From Anaerolineae bacterium (lineage in GTDB: Bacteria > Chloroflexota > Anaerolineae > Anaerolineales > E44-bin32), in NCBI GenBank assembly GCA_036986135.1, contig BTQZ01000001.1:171857-235856 (forward strand): 64,000 nucleotides of DNA. Reading direction: 5' to 3'. Both the position numbers and the translations under genes were made by a program. Shown piece by piece: positions 1 to 8,260 of the stretch (its first letter is position 1; the number at the start of each line of letters is the position of its first letter). The notes beneath the pieces were generated by a model. It was not told the DNA's origin. It saw only the letters and a program-made list of their open reading frames with translations, and made no database searches.

Positions 1-537
1 GCGCGGCATCAGGAAGTCGATGCAGTTCGGCAGGCAGGCCGTGCTGCAGTGATCGCACGGCAAATAGTTGGGAGGATCGTTGAGGCAATTCTCGATGTCG
101 ATCAGGTACGGACCCGGGACGGCTTGCGGAATTGGAGTGTAGACGGCCTTGCGAGCTGCCATGCCCGAGTCGTATTCATTGGGGAGTACGACCGGGCAGA
201 CCGCTACGCAATCATCGCACCGAGTGCACTCGTCGGTTACGAAGCGCGTCTTCTTGTGGATCTGCACCTTGAAATCCCCCGGTTCGCCCTCCAGGCCAAC
301 GACCTCGGAGAGTGCCAGGATCTCGATGTTTGGATGCAGGTCGACTTCTGACATCTTGGGGGCTTCGATGCAGATGGAGCAGTCCAAGGTGGGGAAGTTC
401 TTGTCCAGGACCGCCATCTTGCCCCCGATGGTGGCTTCTTTTTCGACCAGGGTCACACGTGCGCCGGCCTCCGCCAGATCGAGCGAGGCCTGGATGCCGG
501 CGATGCCGCCGCCGATGACGAGTATCGAGTCGCTCAT
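1..537 (-). CDS. HdrA-like FAD/FeS oxidoreductase (heterodisulfide reductase subunit A family). Only the N-terminal 179 codons are present; the 3' end runs off the window.
   Basis: Reverse-strand ATG at 537-535. Translation starts MSDSILVIGGGIAGIQASLDLAEAGARV (GxGxxG), followed by LDCSICIE and CTRCDDCVAVCP Cys clusters. It is absent from the ORF track because the frame is open at the window edge. Confidence 0.7.
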   Translation of the reverse strand, partial: MSDSILVIGGGIAGIQASLDLAEAGARVTLVEKEATIGGKMAVLDKNFPTLDCSICIEAPKMSEVDLHPNIEILALSEVVGLEGEPGDFKVQIHKKTRFVTDECTRCDDCVAVCPVVLPNEYDSGMAARKAVYTPIPQAVPGPYLIDIENCLNDPPNYLPCDHCSTACLPNCIDFLMPR

Positions 538-1073
538 GCCGTAGGCTCCAGTTGTTTGGCGTATTGGTAGCCTGTTTCGAAGGCCTTCATATTCAGCGGT
601 ATGGTCTTTTCCTTCACCGAACTCTTGATGGTACCTTCCATGGATTCGCGCTGGACCAGGTCGGTCGAAGCGGTAAAGAACCCCAGCATTACAACGTTGG
701 CGACGATGCGACGTCCCAATTCCTCGGCTAACTTAGTGGCGGGGATCATCAGCGGTCGATCATCGTCAAATGGAGTGACCAGATCTTCGTCGATGAGGCA
801 GAGGGCATCCGGCTTGGTTTGCGGTCTGAATTTTGTGTAGGCCTCCTGCGAGAGCGCCACTAGGATGTCGGCCCGTTGGACGAAGGGGAAGTCAATCGGA
901 TAATCGGCGACCACGATGTTGGAGCTCGAGGCTCCCCCGCGGGCCTCCGGCCCGTAGGCCTGCGTCATAACCGCTTCGAGGCCTTGGTGGAGAGACATGC
1001 ACTTTCCCAGGATGTAACCTGCGAGTACGACTCCCTGGCCGCCGAAGCCTGAGATCTTGATTTCTTTTCTCAT
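534..1073 (-). CDS. korC: 2-oxoacid:ferredoxin oxidoreductase gamma subunit
   Basis: 179 aa starting MRKEIKISGFGGQGVVLAGYILG (gamma-subunit GGQG motif). Its ATG at 1073 overlaps the beta-subunit stop (ATGA). The 430-aa track ORF is an upstream over-extension. Confidence 0.85.
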   Translation of the reverse strand: MRKEIKISGFGGQGVVLAGYILGKCMSLHQGLEAVMTQAYGPEARGGASSSNIVVADYPIDFPFVQRADILVALSQEAYTKFRPQTKPDALCLIDEDLVTPFDDDRPLMIPATKLAEELGRRIVANVVMLGFFTASTDLVQRESMEGTIKSSVKEKTIPLNMKAFETGYQYAKQLEPTA

Positions 1074-1900
1074 GAGGCGCCCTCCAGGCGCACGGGACGG
1101 TATGGCGTGAGATCCCGATCGACCATGCGTCCCACGTAGATGGGACGCTCCTCGCGCAGGTCGATCTCCAAGTCGGCCATAGCGACGTTGGGATCGACGA
1201 CGCATCGCTCGCGATACAGCTTCATCTCTGTCACGCCGTCGGGGATGTTGTTTGATTTCCCGAAGCCTATAGGGCAGGGAGCAAGGACCTCTATGAAGGT
1301 GAAGCCCGGCTTGTTGAAGGTGAACAGGATATCCTCCTGGATCTGTCGGATGTGAATGGTCGTCCAGCGGGAGACGAAACTGGCTCCCGCTGCGGCCAGC
1401 AAATAAGGCAGATTGAAGGGCTGTTCCGCGTTTCCATATGGGCTGGTCGTGCTGCGCGCCCCGCACGGGGTGGTAGGTCCGAACTGCCCGCCCGTCATTC
1501 CGTAGTTGAAATTGTTGACGCACACAATCTTGAGGTCGACGTTTCTGCGAGCGGCGTGGATGAGGTGATTGCCGCCGATGGCCGATAGATCTCCATCGCC
1601 GCTGAAAACGGTGACCATCAGATCGGGATTGGCCAGCTTCAGCCCAGTGGCGAAGGGGATGGGGCGTCCGTGGGTAGTGTGGTAAGAGTCGAGATCCATG
1701 TAGCCAGCCACGCGGCCGGTGCATCCGATTCCAGACACCACAATGTGGTTTGCTTCCGGGATGCCGGATTCCAGGATAGCCTTGGCGAAGCAGCGCATCA
1801 CTATTCCGATGCCACAGCCCGGACACCAGATGTGGGGCATGCGATCGTCGCGGATCAGCCTGTCGAGCGGGTGTTCCTTAACGAGTACGGCCGTTGTCAC
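1070..1900 (-). CDS. korB: 2-oxoacid:ferredoxin oxidoreductase beta (TPP-binding) subunit
   Basis: 276 aa with the WCPGCG motif and the TPP loop GDGD..IGGNH. Confidence 0.9.
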   Translation of the reverse strand: MTTAVLVKEHPLDRLIRDDRMPHIWCPGCGIGIVMRCFAKAILESGIPEANHIVVSGIGCTGRVAGYMDLDSYHTTHGRPIPFATGLKLANPDLMVTVFSGDGDLSAIGGNHLIHAARRNVDLKIVCVNNFNYGMTGGQFGPTTPCGARSTTSPYGNAEQPFNLPYLLAAAGASFVSRWTTIHIRQIQEDILFTFNKPGFTFIEVLAPCPIGFGKSNNIPDGVTEMKLYRERCVVDPNVAMADLEIDLREERPIYVGRMVDRDLTPYRPVRLEGAS

Positions 1901-3050
1901 TGGTGGACACCTCCCTGATCGTTTCCAGAATTGGGCCGGGACGCATCATCGCGCCCCCAGCGTGGAATACGCCCTCCACCGGCTGTGAAACGTGCCGCTG
2001 GACTTCGTGCGCCATCTGGCCCAAGTTCATCTCGGCCACCACGAAAGCGTCTGCATCCCGTGCGATCTCTCGAATTAGGCTCTCCGGGAAGGGCCAGAGC
2101 GAGATCAGTCTCAGGAAGCCGGCTGGAATCCCTTCCTGCCGTGCTTCCACGACGGCGCGACGTGCGGATCGTGCCGTGGCACCAAAGGAGATCACTACGA
2201 TCCTGGCGTCATCGAGGTATTGCTCCTCGGTCTTGATCAGGTCGTCCGCGTTTTTGTTGATTTTGTTCACTAGGCGTGTCACAAGACGGTGGTGATTTTC
2301 TGGCGTCAGGTCCGGGTAACCGCGCTCGTCATGTGTGAGACCAGAAATATGGATGTGGTGGCCCTCGCCGGCGTAGGCCATGGGCGGCACGAGATCCGGA
2401 TCGAGCGCCTCGAACGGCTTGAAGGGTCCGTTGGGGGACTTGGAGGGACGCTTGCGTTCCCAGATGGGGATCTCGTCCAGGGTGGGGATGATCACTCGCT
2501 CCACCATGTGACCCACCACCTCGTCCGACATAAGCAGGGCGGGTGTACGGTACCGGTCGGCCACATTGAAACAGTGCACAGTGAGGTCAAAGATCTCCTG
2601 CGGCGACTCGGGAGCGTAGGCCACGATTTCATAGTCGCCATGCGAGCCCCAGCGCGCCTGCATCACGTCCGATTGGCCCGGAGCCGTCGGCAGACCGGTG
2701 GAGGGCGAGCCGCGCTGAATGTTGACCACAACGCAGGGGATCTCCATCATCACACCCAGGCCGATGTTTTCCATCATCAGGCTGAAGCCTGGCCCCGAGG
2801 TGGCGGTCATGGATCTCAAACCGGCTGACGAGGCGCCCAGAATAGCGGCCATGGAGGCCAGCTCATCTTCCATTTGGATGTAGACGCCCTCCACTTCGGG
2901 CATGCGAAGCGAAAGGCGCTCGGCCACCTCGGTGGAGGGTGTGATTGGGTAGCCGGCGAAGAATCGGCAGCCGGCTGCCAGGGCACCCTCGGCGCAGGCG
3001 TGATCGCCGTTCATGAAGTGCTGGCCGGTCAGAATCCGGCGGTCAGCCAT
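1878..3050 (-). CDS. korA: 2-oxoacid:ferredoxin oxidoreductase alpha subunit
   Basis: 390 aa containing GYPITPSTE and ATSGPGFSLM. Confidence 0.9.
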   Translation of the reverse strand: MADRRILTGQHFMNGDHACAEGALAAGCRFFAGYPITPSTEVAERLSLRMPEVEGVYIQMEDELASMAAILGASSAGLRSMTATSGPGFSLMMENIGLGVMMEIPCVVVNIQRGSPSTGLPTAPGQSDVMQARWGSHGDYEIVAYAPESPQEIFDLTVHCFNVADRYRTPALLMSDEVVGHMVERVIIPTLDEIPIWERKRPSKSPNGPFKPFEALDPDLVPPMAYAGEGHHIHISGLTHDERGYPDLTPENHHRLVTRLVNKINKNADDLIKTEEQYLDDARIVVISFGATARSARRAVVEARQEGIPAGFLRLISLWPFPESLIREIARDADAFVVAEMNLGQMAHEVQRHVSQPVEGVFHAGGAMMRPGPILETIREVSTSDNGRTR

Positions 3051-3318
3051 CGGTCACCGCCAGCGTGAAGATGGCGAACTCGGGACAGACCAAGGAGCAG
3101 AATTCGCAGTGCACGCAGCTCTCCTCTTTCCCTGCAACAACATCGGGATAGTGGTAGCCCTTGGCATTGGTCTGGTCCGAGCTATAGAGCACATCCTCCG
3201 GGCAGAACACAATGCACAGCTCACACTCTTTGCAGCGCTCGGGAATGATGTAGACCTTGCCACGCGGCGTCGTGATCGTTTCGAGATCGATCGGAACTCG
3301 TGCAAATACCTGCGTCAC
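3043..3318 (-). CDS. korD: 2-oxoacid:ferredoxin oxidoreductase delta subunit (2x[4Fe-4S] ferredoxin)
   Basis: 91 aa with two clusters, CKECELCIVFCP and CVHCEFCSLVCP. GTG start with GAGGAGGG upstream. The D-A-B-C gene order matches oorDABC/korDABC. Confidence 0.85.
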   Translation of the reverse strand: MTQVFARVPIDLETITTPRGKVYIIPERCKECELCIVFCPEDVLYSSDQTNAKGYHYPDVVAGKEESCVHCEFCSLVCPEFAIFTLAVTDG

Positions 3319-3374
3319 GCGGTTGGGCCCTCCTCTCGAATTGTTGCGGTGACCCGCAGTCTGCTGGCAAATGC

Positions 3375-3401
3375 AAAAACCCGACCTACGAGGAAGTCGG
3401 G
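3375..3401 (-). terminator. Intrinsic terminator-like hairpin on the minus strand, 57 nt upstream of the korD start
   Basis: On the minus strand the sequence reads CCCGAC-N10-GUCGGG followed by UUUUU (plus-strand A-run at 3375-3379). Confidence 0.5.
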
Positions 3402-3605
3402 CTTCTCATCTCGATGTATGAACTGGATGCACCCCAGCTCAAGCAGATCCGCCATGGGTCACCTGTGGCACGGCCGCCACTCTGGAATTCGGCCACCAAT
3501 CCATGCTAAGGGTTCGACGCGTGCGAAACCGAATCGAACCTTAACTAAAAGGCTCTCACCCCCGTCGACCCTTTGGCAAGTGATACGCAGCCCACGCTCG
3601 CTCTC

Positions 3606-3626
3606 AATTGGACTATTAATCCAATT
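3606..3626. promoter_or_regulatory. Perfect inverted repeat AATTGGA-N7-TCCAATT in an AT-rich block; candidate operator
   Basis: Read directly from the sequence. It lies in the 409-nt non-coding gap between ybaK-like and korD, in an AT-rich stretch within a high-GC genome. Confidence 0.3.
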
Positions 3627-3727
3627 AATCGAAAATTGTCGGACTGATACGTTATCCTATGTCGCGGTCATCAACGAATTCAAGTGACAGAGATCACATA
3701 ATTCTGCGACTCAGCGTCTCGCCGTCA

Positions 3728-4207
3728 CTACTTCGCCGCGATTTGCGCCAGCTGGGCCCGGGCAACCCGGAACAGATCCTCGGTCGCGAGCTCCAAGCCG
3801 GCCATAGGATCCCCGCTGCTGATATTCACCTTCTTGCACTCGGCGATCCCTCGATCAAAGAGGACCGGGATATCATCCGCAAGGCCCACCGGTGCAACCG
3901 CACCCCGGACAAGACCCGCCACCTCTTGAATCTCCTCTGCAGTGGCAAACCTAAGCCGCCTCCAGCCCTCACCCAGGTGCGCGCGCACAGCATGCGGATC
4001 GAGCCGCGCATCCCCTGTAACACAAGCCATCACATGTTTCCCCTTCCGGTCTCGCAGCAGGATGGACTTCACCATTTCTTCCTTGATCACTCCGCGCTGC
4101 CGTGCGGCGGCCTCCACCGTGAACACCGGCTCGTCATGCGGGAGAAGCCGATAGTTGATGCCATGCGCATCCAGCGTGCGGATCACTTCTGTGTCGGGAG
4201 GGGTCAT
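3728..4207 (-). CDS. YbaK/ProX-family aminoacyl-tRNA deacylase
   Basis: 159 aa with a family-like pattern (...VKSILLRDRKG.., GAVAPVGL). Confidence 0.75.
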   Translation of the reverse strand: MTPPDTEVIRTLDAHGINYRLLPHDEPVFTVEAAARQRGVIKEEMVKSILLRDRKGKHVMACVTGDARLDPHAVRAHLGEGWRRLRFATAEEIQEVAGLVRGAVAPVGLADDIPVLFDRGIAECKKVNISSGDPMAGLELATEDLFRVARAQLAQIAAK

Positions 4208-4238
4208 CTGCGGATTGGGTGAGCGTGCAGGAGCGCAC

Positions 4239-5138
4239 TCACTGCGGATCGAGGTACATCTGGTCCGGGATCAGGATCTCGGGGAAGCGGGCTCGCAGCT
4301 CCCTGCGTGCGTGGTCGCACAGATGGCATGCATCGGCATACTGCTCTTCATGCGGGAGGTTGTACCGGAGAACAAGCTCGCGCGGCCCGCCCACCAGCAG
4401 CGGCCCCGTGATCGCATGCGCCTCTGGATCATAGGAACTGCATACGGCCGCCAGGGACTGCTCGAAGAGGTTCCCTATGACGACTCCCTGGCAGATGTGC
4501 AGATTGCCGAACGGATCCACATGGATGCGGCCCGGTTCGCGCAAGTCTTCATTCGGACATTCGGTGATCTCCTCCCAGGCGTGCGGCGCTGCTCGACCTG
4601 CTAGTTCTTGCGCCGCTCGCCCCCGATACATCACCGCCGATTCCCCGATCGGAAGCTGGCCCTTCGCGAGCGAGGTGTCGGCAGCTTCCGGTTGAGCGAT
4701 GCTGATGAGGCCCACCGGGATATTCAGCTGTTCCGCCGCCCCGGATGCAATCTTTGCCTGCCGACTGAGATTCTCGTCCCAATGGTAGAGGTCGCTGCTG
4801 ATCGAAAGATCCTGGATCAGGCCTGCGAACGGGCTCAGCCACTCAAGCGCATCCGCCTTGCTGGTGGCCCAGTATCCATTTGAAACGATTCCGACTTGGA
4901 GTCCCATCTCCGAGGCCTGCTGGACCGCCTTCATAAGGATGGGATAGTAGAGGAATGGTTCGCCGCCCTCGAAGTAGATCCATTCCAATGTTCCGAGCTC
5001 GACGGCCTGTTTCAGGATCTCGCGGATCCGGGCCAGGGTCATCGTGCCGCTCTGCCATGGACTTCCCCACACAAAGCAGTGATCGCACTCGAGATTGCAC
5101 TCGTATGTGAGAAGCAAGTGGAGACCTGAGAGCTTCAT
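4239..5138 (-). CDS. Radical SAM protein of unknown function
   Basis: CNLECDHC (CxxxCxxC) lies near the N-terminus. The start was chosen at MKLSGLH because that ATG overlaps the upstream stop (ATGA at 5135-5138). The C-terminal region carries CxxC-type cysteines. Confidence 0.8.
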   Translation of the reverse strand: MKLSGLHLLLTYECNLECDHCFVWGSPWQSGTMTLARIREILKQAVELGTLEWIYFEGGEPFLYYPILMKAVQQASEMGLQVGIVSNGYWATSKADALEWLSPFAGLIQDLSISSDLYHWDENLSRQAKIASGAAEQLNIPVGLISIAQPEAADTSLAKGQLPIGESAVMYRGRAAQELAGRAAPHAWEEITECPNEDLREPGRIHVDPFGNLHICQGVVIGNLFEQSLAAVCSSYDPEAHAITGPLLVGGPRELVLRYNLPHEEQYADACHLCDHARRELRARFPEILIPDQMYLDPQ

Positions 5139-5719
5139 GTCCTTCCCTTCCTCCGGCGCAAGAGCCACCACAGCAACACGAACGTAGACAGCGGCCAGAT
5201 CCACGCCAGATCGCCCGGTCCGCCCGGCCCGGTGACTGCCTCCGTCCGTTGGATACGGATCAGCCGATAGTCGGCCAGCAAGGCCTCAAAGTCATCGTTC
5301 GTAAGCTTCTTCGGATTCACGCCAAATAGCGGGCCTGCAAAACCGCTGGCGACGATCACGCGCCGCAGGAATTCGGCGCGATTCTCGGCATCGGTGACGT
5401 CTTCTGCGACGCCAGCCCAACGGCTGTCCGGCAGCCAGACCTCGATCTCCGGATTCGACCGAAGGTTGAGGTACCAATCTGCGGCTTCCCCAAGTGCGGC
5501 GGTGCAATAGATGTCGTCGTTGATCGTGGTGTAGTTCACCGGGGTCAGGCGGGTCAGACCAGTCTTACGACCTCGGTGTTTGATCACCATGATGCTGCCG
5601 CCGAACTTGGTTCCGTTACCCCAAGATCCAAGCCCCAGCCGCCAGAGCAGGATCATGAAGGTATTGAAGGCCTTAAAGGTCGTGCGCAGGCGTTCTTCTG
5701 AAATCCGTGAAAGGTCCAT
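5135..5719 (-). CDS. Deazaflavin (F420)-dependent nitroreductase-family protein (DUF385) with a C-terminal TM helix
   Basis: Contains HRGRKTGLTRLTPVNY...WYLNLRSNPEIEVW, characteristic of DUF385, and ends in the hydrophobic tail LAWIWPLSTFVLLWWLL. Confidence 0.65.
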   Translation of the reverse strand: MDLSRISEERLRTTFKAFNTFMILLWRLGLGSWGNGTKFGGSIMVIKHRGRKTGLTRLTPVNYTTINDDIYCTAALGEAADWYLNLRSNPEIEVWLPDSRWAGVAEDVTDAENRAEFLRRVIVASGFAGPLFGVNPKKLTNDDFEALLADYRLIRIQRTEAVTGPGGPGDLAWIWPLSTFVLLWWLLRRRKGRT

Positions 5720-5907
5720 CCTCGACTCCTCGCAATGAAGCCCTCACCCTACCTATGCTCATGATAAGCAGTTTCTCGCGGCAAATTGTCACAGATTGAG
5801 GGGTCTCTTTTTCCTGATCCAGGGAGCCTGGATGACTTGCCTGTGGAGGGTCGTGGCACTCAGCATGAGCGCACCAACGGCGAGAGGCGCTCGCGGTTCA
5901 ACGATCT

Positions 5908-6591
5908 TCATTTGGCCAGCTTGGCCTGCACCTTCTCGCTTTCAAGCTCCCGAATGGCGTCAGAGGCGATCCAGCGCGCCGATTTCGAATCCATTTGCTG
6001 GATCTCATTGGCGGTCTTGATGGCGGCTGCGTTAAGCACGGAATTTCGCTTCCCGATATTCCGCAGAGCCCAGTTAACGGCCTTCTTGACGAAATTGCGC
6101 TCGTCCGTCGCTCCGTGCTTGATCACCGGGAAGTACCCGATGAACCGATCGTCGGCGGCCTTCTTGTCATGCCATGCCAGACCGGCGATGAGGGCATAAG
6201 CCGCGCGTTTGACGAACTCTTCTTCGCGTACTGACCACTCGTCGATCTTCTGTTGGGAGAATGCGGTTTTCTCAAACAGGTTGAGGCAGACCTGGTCGCA
6301 GACGTCCCAGGAGTCGAAATCGACGACCCAGGCCTCCATCTGATCCTCCGAGACTTGCTCTGGCACGTCGATCATCGAGGCCACGATGCGCGCCTCCTGC
6401 ACGCCGGTCTTCCACAACTCCAGGGCCAGCTCGTGGTCCTTGCCGATGCCTTTGGCGATCTTCCGCATTTCTGGGACCGGTACTCCCAATCGCTGGTCGG
6501 TAGCCATCCCAAACTTGCCCATCCCCTCGACGTTTCGGGCGCTGCCTTTGTCTCTCAGCTGTTCAAGCACAGCATCCGCAGCGGTCGTCAT
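5908..6591 (-). CDS. DNA alkylation repair protein (AlkD-like HEAT repeat)
   Basis: 227 aa with family-like motifs GMGKFGM..LGVPVPEMRKIAK and VKKAVNWALR. Confidence 0.7.
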   Translation of the reverse strand: MTTAADAVLEQLRDKGSARNVEGMGKFGMATDQRLGVPVPEMRKIAKGIGKDHELALELWKTGVQEARIVASMIDVPEQVSEDQMEAWVVDFDSWDVCDQVCLNLFEKTAFSQQKIDEWSVREEEFVKRAAYALIAGLAWHDKKAADDRFIGYFPVIKHGATDERNFVKKAVNWALRNIGKRNSVLNAAAIKTANEIQQMDSKSARWIASDAIRELESEKVQAKLAK

Positions 6592-6878
6592 CGCTCGGAA
6601 CCTCCAAGGATGTTCCTACTGTAACAGGGAACGGAAAACTGACTCGGCCAGCTACCAGCTAGACGAGCGCAACGTCGAAAGCGCGAGGCCGGCAGTCGCC
6701 GTCTAAAGATCGCAACGGACTCGCGGCTTGGCGCCATCGTCATGGGAATTGCTGTGTTCGCAGGAATGGTCACCATGATCCTGAGGCTGCGTGCCAGCGG
6801 CAAGTAGGGAGAAGAGCTTGCGCGTTCGGAAGCTATGGCCTAGTCCGAGTTGCCGATAGAAGATACGGGGGCGCGGGA

Positions 6879-8141
6879 TTAGGGGAAGATGCCGCGTCCC
6901 TGATACACGGCCTCGAGACGCGAGAGCGCGATGATGTACGCCGCCGTTCTCCAATCAGTGGGGACCTCTTCAGACTTGTCTTTCACGCGACCATAGGCCT
7001 TCATCAGCATCTTATGCAGCTTGCGGTCCACCTCTTCCAGGTCCCAGAATTCGCTGCGCTTGTTCTGCAGCCACTCAAAGTAGCTGACGATCACTCCGCC
7101 CGCATTGCAGAGAACATCCGGGATCACGTGGATATCTCGGTCCTGTAGTATCGTGTCGCCGTCGGTGTCGGTGGGGCCGTTCGCTCCCTCCGCCACGAGC
7201 TTCACGTTCAACAGTGGCGCCGTATCTGCCGTGATCTGACTCGCCAGAGCTGCTGGAACGAAAATGTCTGCCTGCGTTCCCAAAAAAGCTTCGTGGTCCA
7301 CTGGCGAGGCGCCTGCAAAGCCGCTCAATCCTTGGTGAGACTGCGCATACTCGAACAGCTCCGCGGGGTCAATTCCCTTCGGATTGAAAATGGCCCCGGA
7401 GGCATCTTCCACTGCAATCAGCGTTGCTCCGAACGGCTTCAACAGGCGAGCCGTCCAGGAGCCCACGTTTCCAAACCCCTGTACGAAGTAAGTCGCTTTG
7501 CTCAGGTCGAAACCGTGATTGCTGGCCCAGCGTTCGATCAGGAAGACAACGCCTTGACCGGTGGCCTTATCCCGTCCCGCGCTGCCACCTAGGTCGACCG
7601 GCTTCCCGGTCACAACGTGGTAGGAACATTGTCGTTCATTGGGCGGAATGGTGGAGATGTAGGTATCCAGGATCCAGGCCATGATCTGGGCGTTGGTGTT
7701 CATGTCTGGCGCGGGGATATCGAACTCCGGCCCGATGTTGCTGCCCAGCGCGAAGGTGAAGCGGCGCGTGATTCGTTCAATTTCGGATCGCGAGTACCGC
7801 TTGGGATCGAACTGGATGCCGCCCTTGGCACCGCCAAGTGGCAGACCGGCAATCGCGGTCTTCCAGGTCATCCAGGTCGCCAATGCCCGCACCTCGTCGA
7901 TGTCCATCGCCGGGTGAAAGCGAAGCCCGCCTTTGAACGGCCCCAGCACGTTGTTGTGCTGGACGCGGTAGGCGGTAAACATCTCTACGCGGCCGTCGTC
8001 CATGATGGCCGGGAAGTTCACCACGATCTCGTTCATGGGCTTCTCAAGAATCTTCCGCACATCCGGATCGAGGTTCATGAGATCGGCAGCCTTCTTGAAC
8101 TGCCTGCCGACGTTCTCGTATACTCTGGAGCCGTTCGTCAT
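6879..8141 (-). CDS. gdhA: Glutamate dehydrogenase (Glu/Leu/Phe/Val dehydrogenase family)
   Basis: 420 aa with the catalytic motif LPLGGAKGGI and the Rossmann motif GFGNVG. Confidence 0.9.
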   Translation of the reverse strand: MTNGSRVYENVGRQFKKAADLMNLDPDVRKILEKPMNEIVVNFPAIMDDGRVEMFTAYRVQHNNVLGPFKGGLRFHPAMDIDEVRALATWMTWKTAIAGLPLGGAKGGIQFDPKRYSRSEIERITRRFTFALGSNIGPEFDIPAPDMNTNAQIMAWILDTYISTIPPNERQCSYHVVTGKPVDLGGSAGRDKATGQGVVFLIERWASNHGFDLSKATYFVQGFGNVGSWTARLLKPFGATLIAVEDASGAIFNPKGIDPAELFEYAQSHQGLSGFAGASPVDHEAFLGTQADIFVPAALASQITADTAPLLNVKLVAEGANGPTDTDGDTILQDRDIHVIPDVLCNAGGVIVSYFEWLQNKRSEFWDLEEVDRKLHKMLMKAYGRVKDKSEEVPTDWRTAAYIIALSRLEAVYQGRGIFP

Positions 8142-8260
8142 GTGCGCGCTCTCCTCGTCACGAACTTAGCCTTGCATTGGTTCTCAGTAGGATTGTGAGT
8201 AGGGGAGATTCCACCGAATCTCTTTTGAATACCAACAGGGATGCAGCCAGATCGCGAGTT

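Noticed and set aside
3388-3403. GAGGAAGTCGGGC resembles the RNase P RNA P4 motif GAGGAAAGUCCGGGC.
   Set aside because: The remaining universally conserved RNase P elements are absent on both strands. The motif forms the 3' half of the terminator hairpin.
3459-3497. The minus strand reads GGUGGCCGAAUUCC...GCCACAGGUGA, reminiscent of the cobalamin riboswitch core (GGUG..AAUCC..GCCACUG).
   Set aside because: I found no B12 box and no GGGAA element. There is also no functional reason for cobalamin control of kor. The segment is left as part of the generic leader finding for a covariance-model scan.
3510-3540. GGGUUCGACGCGUGCGAAACC on the plus strand resembles the 5' region of tmRNA (GGAUUCGACGGGAUUUGCGAAACC in E. 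coli, from memory). A CCACCA lies just upstream (3493-3498), hinting at a permuted ssrA.
   Set aside because: There is no GGG-initiated acceptor stem with a G-U pair, no T-arm before the CCA, and no tag reading frame ending in an ALAA-type sequence. The segment is more simply a 7-bp hairpin, GGTTCGA/TCGAACC.
6742-6807. A 21-codon hydrophobic ORF on the plus strand (MGIAVFAGMVTMILRLRASGK) lies between two minus-strand genes and could be a small membrane peptide or type I toxin.
   Set aside because: There is no Shine-Dalgarno sequence, promoter or antisense RNA signature. A hydrophobic ORF this short is expected by chance.
8205-8226. A perfect 7-bp hairpin, GAGATTC-CACC-GAATCTC, followed by TTTT on the plus strand, lies between gdh and the kinase gene.
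   Set aside because: Both flanking genes are on the minus strand, where the hairpin is followed by CCCUAC instead of a U-run. It may act as a weak or bidirectional terminator for the kinase gene. The orientation does not support a confident call.
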